NCBI GenBank assembly: GCA_964016885.1
Contig: OZ024742.1
Span: forward strand, 67,704,001-67,768,000
Source of the DNA: Eledone cirrhosa
Taxonomy: Eukaryota
Reading direction: 5' to 3'
DNA: 64,000 bases
The position numbers and the translations under genes are program-made. Shown here piece by piece: positions 22,658 through 35,040 of the stretch. Each line of letters begins with the position of its first letter. Within the stretch, counting starts at the first letter, position 1. A model generated the notes under the pieces. The model saw only the letters and a list, made by a program, of their open reading frames with translations. It had not been told where the DNA came from and did no database searches.

Positions 22658-23284
22658 ATTAGTATTGTTGTTGTTGTTATTATAATTGTTGTAGCTGTTG
22701 TTGTATTATGTGAACGGTCAGTCCTCTTCACAGAGCCTCACTTTTCCATTTGGATTTTACTAACAAAGGCCTTCGACATATTTGTTACTTTTGGAAATTC
22801 TATTGTCTACCCATACTTTTCCAAATATCCATTTTACTTCGTCTAATACTTCAATATTGCATCCTTCTGATGTAGCTACATGTTTGCCAACAGAGTTAAT
22901 CCTCTCCCGCTAAATATGTATATACTGGAAATCACAAAATCAGTTTAAAACAGGAGAAGCGGGCAAAAATAAGAGCGAATCAAACAGGCTGATAGACAGA
23001 CTGTTATAATGGTGCGACACAACTATTAAGTATATCTGTACGAAACGAGGGTAAAACCAAAGGATTCACCCGGCGTAATTTTAAACTATCAACTAGAGAT
23101 TACAACGATAGACTACGTACACACAGTCTGCTGACAGTCCACTTTTAGTTACACGGGTGTGTACAGGTCTTTTTCCCTACAACACAGATCTAATTTGTAA
23201 AAGGGAAAACCTGTCATGACAGAAACGAAAGAAAAACATTTATAAAAACTCATCTGTTACAATATCTATAGCACCTTCAAATAT

Positions 23285-25082
23285 GTGTTGATGTATGCGT
23301 ATTGTTGTTTGTGTTATTCTTGTGTTGTTTTAGTTTGTTGTTCGTCCGGGAGTTTTCTTTTTATGGTGGGTGCTTGTGTTTGGGGTGGTGTTGGTGCTGG
23401 TTTTGCTGATAAGGGATGTTTGACTGTGGTGTTGTTTGTGTTGTTGTTTGTTTCTGTGATTGTGTGTTGGTGTTGGTGATTCGAGTTTATGGGGTTTTGT
23501 GGTCCCACTTTTTTTGTTTTTTAGATTTCCGCGGTTCTCCCTCTTCTTCACTTAAAGGAGAAGCAGCTTCATCCGTCGATGAATAATCATCGTCCGGTGT
23601 GTGGGGTAAGGGTATGTTGTGTGGTGGTGGTGTTTTGGTGTGTGTGTTTGTGGTAGTGTTTGATGGAGTGGAATGGAGTGGGGCTGTGTTCTTCAGAGGT
23701 GTTGTCTCTGTTTTTTCTGTTGTTGTTGGTTGAGTTTCTGTTTGTTTTGGTGTGGTTGTTCGTTTCGTCTGTCGTTGTACTTGTGGTGGTGGTGGTGGTT
23801 GTTTTTGGTGTTGGTGTTGGTAATAGCGTTTTTTTTATGATGTTGTTGTGTGTTTGTGGACAAGAGGCTTTAAGGTGTGCTGTGCTACCACAGCGAAAGC
23901 AATGAAATATTCGTCCTTCTACCGAAATGTTTATTTTGTTGTTATTATCGATAACGACTCTTTCGGGTATTTTGTAGATTCTCTCCGCTTTCATTTGCAA
24001 CAGAATCTCCAAATCTGTGCCCGCCCACCTTTGTCGCATAGATTTTCGTATCGAAAGTATCATATCAGTTTCTGGCTCTACGAAGCCAGCCAAGATCCAC
24101 CAGATGTTAATGTTTGGAGGTATGTTTTTTATTTTTATTTGTTGTCTCCTTTTTCCCATGTATGTAGGGAAAAAGGTGTATGCTTTTGACACCATTGATG
24201 TCACAGAGTTTTTTTGGGGCGAGTGCCTCGCTTTTAAACAGTACGCTGGAGAAAATCGACATTTGCTAGAATTTCCTTGAAAGTAACTTCTATATCTTCT
24301 TGGTCAACAAATGTCGGCTTTCTTGTGGAATTTGACACAGTCCTAAATGTGACTGATCTGCGGATTGTGTCTTCCTTTATTTCAAGGGGTGAGTTAATTC
24401 TAAACCCACGTCTTTCTTCGAAAGTTACAAGTTTTCTCCCTTGCTGGAGCATATCTCTTGCGTTGGAGATATCAAGATTTATAAAATCTTGTTTTTTGTT
24501 CACTGTTTCAGCGAAAGACATTTCCTTTTTTTGTGTGGTGTTGCTGTTGTTGTTGTTGTTATCGTTGTTGGAAATCTCAGTTCCTTGTCGAGGTGAAACT
24601 TTAATGTGTAGATGTATCTGTAGAGTTGTTGATGTCTTTTTCATGTGTATGTATGTTAATGGGTTTAATTTCTGTGTTTTCCTGTGTGTTATTGTTATTT
24701 TTCTCCGCTTCGACGGTAGAAATTTTAAAATTTTCAAGTGTTAATATATTTTTTTCTTTGTTGACAGTCGTATCTATGGCGACGTCCATAGTAGCAGAAG
24801 CAGATATAACGTTAATATCTGCCTCTTTCTCTCTCTTTCCTCTATTAACGTTCTCCAGCGTTCTTGTGTTGCTCAAGTTATTTAGTTTGTAAAATCTTAT
24901 ATTGTAACACAAATTTTTAAAATAAAATGTTCGCCCCTACAGGGGCGAAAAATGGGGTTAACACCCAGCTGACAATTCAGCTTGGGGGTTAATCTACAAA
25001 ATGTTATGTTTCTTTCAAACAATTAGTTCGGTTTTTTGCATAGAAATTAACAAAAAAGCTTACAGGCGATGTTCCACACGTC
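23285..25082 (-). mobile_element. Tx1/L1-like LINE, 5' part only (5' UTR plus frameshifted ORF1 with CCHC zinc knuckle)
   Basis: ORFs 24234-24737 and 23587-24204 align to ORF1 of the 31.9-37.2 kb copy (YTFFPTYMGKR, NIWWIL, SVEGR, CFRCGSTAHLKASC). Same 5' end motif TC.GACGTGTG. Confidence 0.85.
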
Positions 25083-25147
25083 AGACAGAAAGAGAGATAA
25101 TAGATAGATAGATACATATATCGTCCTCTTCATTTCTATTTATTTAA

Positions 25148-25848
25148 CTCATAATCATAGAGTAACACTAGTTAAGGTCGACAACATACAATCTCACATA
25201 CTTGTGAAAAATATATCTTTATATATACATGTATATGTATGTATACACATATATTTGTATACCTCTCATTATTATCTCTAACTCCCTCGCGATAGAATAA
25301 CCACCGAAGTATAGTGACTGCTTTCAAGCAAACACTTCTAGTCAACCTTACCACCCTTCTGTAGCCTATGTATCATATCAATATCTCCCTCCGCTGTCTG
25401 AGATATTTTCACTGCTACAAGGGATTAATCCCCTTTCTTAGCCGGTGTTACACGTGATAGAGTCTCCCTCCGCCTTTCTGAGATTTTCTCGCATGCTACG
25501 GACGTATGTAGTTAGGGCTCTTCCCTGAGGTGCTCCCTTGATAAGCTGGCTTACCTCACAACAATGTTACATATCTATGATATAACATTTTTGCATAGTG
25601 ACCAGCGAAACTGTACAGTTGCGACTAAAGAAAAAATAGGTATATTGTATCTATTATTCCTTTTTATAATATTTTACATAACTCTGATATTGTGTCAATT
25701 TAATTATTTCGATTATCTTGTCTCTCATAATCATAGAGTAACACTGGTTAAGGTCGACAACATACAATCTCACATACTTGTGAAAAATATATGGTTATAT
25801 ATACATGTATATGTATGTATACACATATATTTGTATACCTCTCATTAT
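25148..25848. repeat. Pair of ~125-bp direct repeats (25148-25272 and 25724-25848) flanking ~450 bp
   Basis: CTCATAATCATAGAGTAACACT..TACCTCTCATTATT occurs twice with about 3 differences. Confidence 0.85.
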
Positions 25849-25869
25849 TGTATATATATATATATATAT

Positions 25870-26589
25870 ATATTGTTATACTTTGGGAGGGTCATGTTGC
25901 CAATAAGAAACACACGCACCAGTTGCTTTCACTTCAATTTATTATTATAATAAATTTATAATAAATTTATAAATTTATAAATTTCTGGTTGGTTGGTTGG
26001 TTCCACAACCAGATAGTTGTTTATATATTGTCATAGTTCTTTCGTCACACACTCTGTGACCTCTTCAGTGACTGGGGATTCCTTTCTTTGTTTCTGTGCC
26101 ACTCCTTTGTTCTGTCCTACGCCATTTTGTTACTGTGTGTGTGTTGTGTGCTCAGTCTGCGCATGCGTGACATCCGGGTGTCTGTGTGTGTTTATGTTCA
26201 TTTATTTATTTGTTTATTTACATGTTACTGGTTGGTTGTTTGTTCTATGTGTGTGTGTGTTTTCATTTTGTCCTTAATTGTAAGTTGTGATATTGCTGTT
26301 CCACTCATATTTTCTAATTAATTTTGGTTGTAATTCTTTTATGTTTATTGCCTCTGTAATTTGTCTAAACATTGCGTCTTTTCTGTGTGTAGATTCTATT
26401 TTTATTTCTATGTTCTCTAATTTACCAGAAATCTATGAATTTATTATAAATTTATTATAATAATAAATTGAAGTGAAAGCAACCGGTGCGTGTGTTTCTT
26501 ATTGGCAACATGACCCTCCCAAAGTATAACAATATCGGTTTCAACAAACGATTTCAGATAAAGAATCTTGCTAAACAAATTTAGAAACG

Positions 26590-26592
<3 letters not shown>
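25870..26592 (-). mobile_element. 5'-truncated Penelope-like element: GIY-YIG C-terminus, 3' UTR with hammerhead, inverted terminal copy
   Basis: Minus strand 26340-26430 reads ENIEIKIESTHRKDAMFRQITEAINI. 25870-25962 is inverted at 26443-26535. TA flanks. Confidence 0.8.
26030..26072 (-). ncRNA. Small type I hammerhead variant (one extra nt before stem II)
   Basis: Reverse complement GTCA-CTGAAGA-G-GTCACA(GAGTG)TGTGAC-GAAA-GAAC-TA-TGAC. Confidence 0.72.
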
Positions 26593-26669
<77 letters not shown>

Positions 26670-26699
26670 TGTTTGGTTGGTTTTCGCTTTTCGCTTTTC

Positions 26700-28685
26700 G
26701 CTTCTGTGTCTTTTATATCGGTAATCTAATTTATTCGGTCCTCAATGATGCTATTGACTGACCAACGGTCAAAAATAATACAGATACAATATAGACACAA
26801 ACACATATATATAGTTAATCAAAGTTCTTTCGTTGCACATCTGCAACATCGTCAGTGGTGCTATAGAATCATCCCGTTGCATTGTATTTCTACGCCATCT
26901 TTATTTAGTCTGTTTATATTTTTATTTATTTATTTGTTTGTTTGTTTATTTTATTTTGTCTTCTTTGCGCATGCGTTTGCGTGTGTGTATAGAGTTTTGT
27001 TTGATGTGTGTTCGTGATTGGGTGACTGTGTATTGGTTAATGTATTCTATGTTTACTAGTGTGTGTTTATCTGTGTTTGTTGTTATTGTGCTTGTGTATG
27101 TATTTATTTATTTATTTATACTTCTCTTAGGTCAGTGTTGTTTGTTTGGGTGTTGTTCTTATTCCATTCATTCTTTCTTCTAAGTTATATTTCACTGGCC
27201 TCTCTGATTTGCCTATCTACTGGGTAATTTCTATGTTTAGATATTATTCTAATTACTATGTTGTCTATGTTACCGTCGCGTTGTTGTCTGGCATGTTCGT
27301 ATAGTACTGATCCGTTTTTTCGTCCTTTCAGTTCCCCCCAGTGTTGGTCTATCCTTTCACATATGCTACGAGCTGTCTCGCCTATGTATGTTGTTGTCAT
27401 GTTTCTGCAAGTACCCTCTGAACATCTTATGCTATAGACTACGTTTCTAGTTTTACAGTTTATCCGGGGGTTTACCTTACATATGATACATTTCCTATTA
27501 GTACAGTGGGTTTTCTTAACAGGGCAGGTTTTGCTGTTCAGGGATTTTCTGGTGTTTCCTGGCTTTTCTACCACCTTAATCTTTAAGTGGGTCTTTCTCA
27601 AGGCCTTTCTACACTGGTTAGCTAATCTCCCTCCAGGGGTAGCGTCCACAAACATGACACTCTGGTATCTCTGGTTGTCGTACCATGAGGTGGCTTTCCC
27701 TATCTTATGTCTAGCCCTATCTAAGTTATTCCAGGATTTGCTCCTGTATAATGGGAAAATTCCTTTCATGTCCAGTTCTATGAGGGTCTTATACTTCTCC
27801 ATGGCTCCTTCATATACTCTGACTCTATCTCTTTGGTTGTAGCCAGAGAACTGCATGCGGTTGATGAAGTGTTGGATGTGTCTTTCCATTTCTGTTGGGT
27901 CGCACATGCGGGACACATTCTTCATCACTCATCCCAAATCTACGATCAGAATATTAAACTTAGCACTACTGGACATTGCTGAGTTTTTGAGTATCAGGTA
28001 TTGGAGGCCATGGGTTTAGCATAGTGTGAGTGGAGAATTTGTGCTCTCTCGTCTATAGTGTTAATCCAGAGTTCCGTGTCTAATACAGGTAGTCTATTGT
28101 TAGGGTGTTTGGAAGGGTAGTCGGTAGTTACAGTTATACTCTGGTGTATGGAATTAGCTATCTGCTGGATGCTTTCCATTTTGCTACGTTCTAAATCAAA
28201 CTTGTTAGTGCTCTCTCGTGGGGATGTTCTTATAACTATATTGATATCGTCTACGTAACGAGAGTACATGATGAGGTCTATGGAGCTCTCATTAAGGAGA
28301 TCTTTAAGTCTCCTTTCCCACGATACCATAAAAAGATTGGCAACATCACCAGCTATGCTGACGCCAATGGCTGCTCCCTCATTTTGGGTGTAGATCTTCT
28401 CGTTGAACTTCAATATGTGGCCCTTTAGGGTAGTTTTGATACTAGCCCCTATTGCATGTGCGACCATTTTTCTTACCTAATCATTGTTTTGGGGCGGTCC
28501 GTATAGCTTTGGTCCACCCAATCCACCTTCCCATGGGAGTCTTTTTTGCCATGGAGGTTATGGTGGGGGGGGGGTCTACCTCTTATGGGTCTTCTAGGGC
28601 AGAAACGTCTAAGGTCATGGCTGTCTAGGTAGTCAGTGTCGTAGGTAAGTCTAAGTAGGAGGCTCAGTTCGTCTGTGTCGATGGA
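26700..28685 (-). mobile_element. 5'-truncated Penelope-like retroelement (RT plus C-terminal GIY-YIG endonuclease), frameshifted
   Basis: ORF 27994-28467: IYTQNEGAAIG, YSRYVDD, RLPVLD (PLE-type RT). ORF 27185-27928: NVVYSIRC..C..YIGETARS..ER...H, RQIREA (GIY-YIG). The 3' boundary is approximate. Confidence 0.92.
26818..26859 (-). ncRNA. Small type I hammerhead variant in the PLE 3' UTR (stem I weakened)
   Basis: Reverse complement ACCA-CTGACGA-T-GTTGCA(GATG)TGCAAC-GAAA-GAAC-TT-TGAT. Confidence 0.62.
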
Positions 28686-29300
28686 AGAGAGAGAGAGTTG
28701 ACTGATTAGAAATGAAGCGGACGATATATCTATATATATAACTCAGTATGTGTGCCTTCATGTGTGATTATAGATAGTTATGTTGCCTTCATGTTATCAT
28801 GTCTATCGATTGTGACAGATTTTGTAAGCAACACGAACTATCATGGGTTTAGCTGGCATTTAAAACTGTCATAATTGTATTTGTGTAAAAACATATGCTG
28901 TAATTGTACAAATACCTATGGCAATTTCAAGGAATATTCACAGCTGATGCTTTTAATTAAAATTGAATAAATGATTTTAATAATTAATCAATCCCGTGTT
29001 CTCGAAACAGCTAATATTTAAGGATATTAATTGTTTGAGCATGTAAAATTCAGTTCCATGTTAATATGGTTTAATTCTATGTAGTGAGCTGTGGTCAATG
29101 CGTTCTTGATTTATCTCGTCGGTTGGAAATCTGGAAATCCTAAAGCAGAAAACAATCCATATCTATAAATAATAAATGCTTCCGAAAATTAGGTAAAATA
29201 CCCTTAGGGATAGAAACAAGTGATCAGCAGCCATTGAATAATGGCTCGCTACATCCTTGTGTCCATAAGAGTATTACAAGCGATTCTTTACAGATATCAT

Positions 29301-29660
29301 TTGGCAGTATCGGTAGAGGGTCGGACGCCATGCTTTGACGTATAGAGTTACGGCCCTTGCCATTCTGAGTTCAAATCCCGCCGAGGTTAATTTTTCCTTT
29401 CATCCTTACGGGGTCGATAAAATAAAGTACCAGTAATACACTGGGTATTTGCTGGCATTATGCCAAAAGTAGAAACAATTATTTAAATGAAGTACCAGTA
29501 ATGCACCCGGTAATTGCTGGCCTTGTGCCAAAAGTAGAAACAATTATTTAAATAAAGTACCAGTAATGCACCGGGTAATTGCTGGCCTTGTGCCAAAAGT
29601 AGAAACAATTATTTAAATAAAGTACCAGTAATGCACCGGGTAATTGCTGGCCTTGTGCCA
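29301..29660 (+). mobile_element. SINE family A with its 3' 65 bp tandemly repeated four times
   Basis: AAGTACCAGTAAT units start at 29425, 29490, 29555 and 29620. Confidence 0.9.
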
Positions 29661-29949
29661 TAACAGAACCCTTTATTTATAGTGATGGACAATTGTGCAG
29701 TTTTTTTCTGCAGTTATATTTCCCCATTTCATATATCCTCCACTTCAGTGATGTAACTTAATGCATAACAAAGCTAACCTGGGCGGCTCCTGTATCATTT
29801 GCATTGGCTCAAGTGAAGAATATATGCGAGGGTGGGGTTGAGTTATACGTATTAGACAGCTCAAAGGGTTATTCCCAATGGTAGATTTTGGCATATACAC
29901 ATGATATTGTATGTCAAATAACACAGGCGGAAACAGACTAGGAAATAAT

Positions 29950-30133
29950 TGTTTCTACTTTAGGCACAAGGCCAGCAATTACCCAGTGCATTACTGGTAC
30001 TTTATTTTATCGACCCCGTAAGGATGAAAGGCGAAGTCAACTTCGGCGGGATTTGAACTCAGGTCGTAAAGGGACGTAACTATGCTGGAAAGCATGGCGT
30101 CCGACCCTCTACCGATACTGCCAATCCACCACC
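29950..30133 (-). mobile_element. SINE family A, full length, with 17-bp TSD
   Basis: ACAGACTAGGAAATAAT at 29933-29949 and 30134-30150. Confidence 0.92.
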
Positions 30134-32133
30134 ACAGACTAGGAAATAATATCATACAAATCATTAAATACTTCGCTCTGAAACTATAGACATTAAGCTA
30201 GCAACATGCCCATTAACATTAACATGGATTTTTTGCGAAATGAGTTTTACTGTCAAGAAATATTACTGTTCTTCTGGTATTGTGGAGCACATTCTTCAAA
30301 CAGAGAAGGTAATAAAAATAAGGACAGAATATGAGCAACATTTCATGACTGCACATACTATTCGCTTTTCTCAAAGAAATATACTGTTTATAGTGTTCAC
30401 CCACCACCTAAATAAATAGCATCTTAATTCATTCCCCCTTTCTTCCTCTCTTTTTTTTATTTATTCAACCGCTTAATCATATAAGGCTTTCGTATTTTCT
30501 TCCATATTCCATTTTGATAAACCAATATTTCCGAGGTGAGAAACTGTATATATACATTCATTGGAAACGTAATTATTGAAGCTGGTTTTCTTTAAAATAA
30601 CTCTGTACTTGCAGTAATATGACATGCATGCTGCAATTGGACTGTACTTTGTTTCAAATATAATAATATACACGCACAAGTAGAAAAAGAACTATGTAAT
30701 GTTCATATATTTATACTTATCTTTAGTAATACATATTAGAAGTATCAGTAACTTAGAAAACTACAACTGTAAGTCAGCAATAATCCATTTATTAACGCCA
30801 TGGAAGGCAATGAAAGTTATCACTGTGACCGATACTTGAAAACACTTCTGTACAGTGTGAAATTAGATTGAGATTTCCAAGTATTGGGGGAAACGTATTT
30901 TCAACGAATACATCAGTAGCAAGCAAAACAGTTGTCATAGATGACTACACCAGATGTTGCTTAGAAGACCGGAAAGAAAGAATTAAATATAATACGTGAT
31001 AATATAAGAGAATATATTGAAGAAAGTGTTCATCGTTGACAGTTAAAATAGTAAGAATGAAGAAGACGCCAAAACAATACCGTAGAAACCCAATTATTAC
31101 ATCATATTTCATTGACTTCTCAACTGGAACAGTTGTTCAGTAATATCATCAGCATATTGTAGATTTAAGGGAAGTCATTATGCAGAGGTAGTTTGAGCAA
31201 AAGAAATCATTGTAATTCAACACATTCTGCAAGTCAATTCGTCCTAAAACTGTTTTATTTTTTCACCCTGTGAGTGACAAGATGATGTAGTCCCTCTTCA
31301 GCCAAATCTAACTTCTATTAGAGCGAGGCAAGGACCTGATGAGTATCATAACTCTACAAGTTTTCATCTTTACACCTACATCCACTCCATCAAGCTATTT
31401 CATTATCTAAGATAAGAAAGGTGAATTAAAAATCTAAGGTTATAGCTATATATCATATGCTGTGAATTAATAAATTTTCAAAATACATATTTATTAAAAT
31501 TAAACTGTATTTATAGTATAGTATTTTCCGTAGTTTTGTTCGGTGAGCTGTGTATATATATATTTCATTTGTGTATAGGTATAAAACATTAACTATTACC
31601 TAGTATGCTCTACTAAAAGCAAACACAGTCTGGAGGGGTGCAACAGAGGGAAATATAAACATAAAGATAGGCACACTCGTAGACAGGTATATGTAGGTTG
31701 AGAGATAAGTAAGTAGATAGATGGAGAAATAGATTTAAAAACAGATAGACAGACAGGCGGGAAGATAGAAGAAAATCATTAGTTAAATTGATAGACGAAT
31801 AGATAAATTGATAGATAGATAGAATGATAGATAGAGAGAGAGATGGGAAGGATGATCGATGGGAAATATAGATAGATAGATAGATAGATAGATATGTTTC
31901 TTTATTAGCCACAGGAGCACAAAAGAAGGGGACAAATACAAAGGGGGAAGTTTACATACAATAAAAACGAGTAAAATGTTATCACAAATGCAAGTTAAAA
32001 AGTTAGTCGATTTTCCCCAATAGAGAGAGACAGTTTATATGGGTAACACATACCCCCGAAAAAATGTGCAACCCTCATCTCCAGGAGTACGAAGAGTTTG
32101 TACTCCTTTCCTCTCCTCCTCCTTTTCCTCAAC

Positions 32134-35007
32134 CTACAGGCTGATATAGAGAGAAGGCCCATTCACTCGGGCCATTCTCGCCACTTTCACCCACCTATCA
32201 TAAAACTTGCTGGGGTACAGCACCTCTCTCTCCATCCTGATTCTTCTTCCAAAGTGGTATTTGAAAAAAAGAATCAGTTGTTGGCCGGAGAGAAAGGTGT
32301 CTGACCTCAGCCCTTTCAACCTTCTCCACCATACAACCTCTTTCGCCATAGCTATCACACAAAGGAAAACCGCCTCTCCTTCGTTTTTGAAGGAGGGTGG
32401 CGGTTTGATCATGACAATGGACTCGGTGGTCAACCGGATTGGTCCCACCCGCGACAATAGTCGTTCTAATAGCCCCATAGGTCAGTGACGCCCGGTCAGT
32501 GTATGAATGCTTCCACGACGGTTTCTTCGTCTCGCAAGGAATTGTAAGAGCGGGCGCTCCATTTTGGCGAGCGTTTTGGCTGGACAAGGCACGACGGCCA
32601 AGCGGTAGTAGATGGCCGACGCTATAAAAGTGTTCGCCAACTCCGCTCGACCTTTCAAGGATAGTTTGCACTCGGCCCACTTCTGGGTGAGTGCAAACAC
32701 CTTGGCCGTCACTTCGTTCCAGTTCATCTCCACCTGGAGGTCCGGACCAAACCAGATCCCGAGCAGCTTTACCGGTCCTTCCGTCCAGCGTCCGACGACG
32801 CCATCGGAAGGCATCGGTTTGCCTCTCCGAGTTGCAAACCGATGGACTTGTCCCGGTTCAGCTTCGCTCCTGTGAAACTTTCGTATTCCTTCAGTAAGGT
32901 GCCGACTTCCTCGATGTGCGAGGTGCTCGGCACCACTATTGTCACGTCGTCGGCGTAGGCCGACGCCGCTTTCCGCAGTCCCGGTTCCAGAGGGATGCCC
33001 TGCAATAGCTCCAACTTCCGCAGTAGTGGCTCGAGAGTCAGTACGTACAGAAGGGAGGAGAGAGGGCATCCCTGTCGAATGGATCGCGTAATATGGAACG
33101 GCTCCGAGAGGTAGCCGTTCACCTTGACCCTTGAGCAGATGTTGCTGTTGTGCATTGCAGCAATCCAGCCCCTAAACACGGGTCCGAAGCTGCCGCTTCG
33201 AGCACCGCATCCAGGTAAGCATGGTCAACCCTATCGAAAGCCTTAGACTGATCCAAGTTGATCGGGGCCCCACCGAAGCCGGGTTTACACCCTACCCTCT
33301 CTATGATGTATCGCATGAGGTGGAGGTTGTCGTGTATGGACCTGGTCGGGTTTGCGCATGTCTTAGCTTCTCCCACCAGGTTCTCGACGACAAGCGCCAG
33401 ACTCTTTGCCAACACCTTGGCCAAAATCTGTAACTGTGTTTAGCAGAGTTATGGGCCGGAAGTTGCCTATGTCATCCCCCTTATTCTCGTCCTTCCTGAT
33501 TAGTGTGACCACGCCCCCGGTTACAGAACTGGAAATTCTCCCGTTCTGTTGCCAGTTGCAGTAGACCGCTTCCAGGAGACCGGAGAATAAGTCCGGCATT
33601 GCTACGTAAAATTCGTAGGTAGACCGTCTAGACCTGGAGATTTGCGTTTGCCGCATTGGCTCAGCGAATCCCCTATCTCAGCGGCTGAAATCGGCTTTTC
33701 GCAGAACTTTGCCTCGCTGTCCGAGAGTCGCGGTAGGCCGTCGAGGTATAGACCGAAATCCATAGCCCCTCCCGGCGCACCGCCCCTCCCGAACAGTTGA
33801 GCAAAGTGCCGCTGAAAGGCCGCACACATCGGCTTCGGCTCACGTATCACGCGTCCGTTTTGGTCCTTCAAAGACCGAATCGTGGACTTGTTGCCACTTT
33901 TTTTTCTCCATCACTCGGGCCCAGCTAACAGCTTTGATTCCCTCGTTTCCCAGAGCACGTATTTTGCTTCTGACAACGCAGCCCTCGTGCTTTGCGTCGA
34001 AGAACTGGTCCAAGGCCGTTCTCGTTGCTAGCACGCTGGCTACGTTGCCACTTCTAATTGCCTCTTCTACTTTATCTACCAGTTCCTTCTCGGTTCTATT
34101 TCTATCTAACGCTAATTCTTTACTAAAAACTATCGAGTCTAATCTAACTGCCCTCTTGAGAGAGTACCACCATCTGTTGTTGACAATGGCCCCTGTCAAG
34201 TGCTGTTTAACTAAAGTGCTAATCCGTCTACTGTAGGCTTTGCTTGTCGGTAACGACAAGTCTAGCTTCCAGTAGCCGGGTCCTTGTCTATGGGTTCTAT
34301 CAAGGTTGGCCATGCAGGTCACTAGTTTGTGATCTGAATAGGCAACCATGAACATTTGTGGACAGCTTAACACGTCCCTATCCTTATTTCTAACTAGAAC
34401 CTATCTAGGTACGATCTAGATGTTCCGCTACGATTAGTCCACATCCACAGTGGCGCAGTCGGAAAATCTAGTCGATATCTATCGGCCAGGTCAAATCGGT
34501 CGATTAACTGTTTGAGGCTGTTACAACCCCCTTTATCGGGACATGCTCCCACATTGTCCCAACGTGCATCTAGGATTCCATTCCAGTCCCCCACTAAAAG
34601 CAAGGAGAGGGACTTCCCAGAAAAGTCTCTAGACGTTTGAAGAAGTCTGGCCGCGGTTTCCCGGATGGGGCATATGCGGCCACCAGCCTGAAGGCTCTAC
34701 CTTCACTACCGTCAACGTCTAGGACCACCAGTCGACCCTCTGGGTCCAGATGTACCGTCTGTGTTACGAGGCCCAGGTGTTTCCGCAGCAAAACGGCAAC
34801 TCCGCACCCACCCCCCGGTTAACAGAGAGATGCGTAGATCTCAAAGTCATCGAAGATGGGGGCCAGCTGTCGCTCGCTGTGGATCCTGGACTCGCAAATG
34901 GCTACCACATCCATACTGTGCGACCTGAGGTCGTTTAAGAGTTTGCCCTGTTTCCGGGGCATCCCAAGGCCCCGTACATTCACACATCCAACTTTTATAT
35001 TGGCCAT
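32134..35007 (-). pseudogene. Tx1-like ORF2 (AP endonuclease plus reverse transcriptase), many frameshifts
   Basis: Consecutive ORF fragments carry the motifs in canonical order. Confidence 0.9.
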
Positions 35008-35040
35008 GTTGGTACTGACAAGTTAAAAGAGGAAAAGAGA

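Noticed and set aside
29425-29660. CRISPR-like periodicity
   Set aside because: No unique spacers, eukaryotic context, and the units are SINE tail sequence
31091-31159. Minus-strand CTGATGA-stem-GAAA-TATGATG-TA
   Set aside because: Stem II is plausible but stem I is out of register, and there is no PLE context; at best a relic
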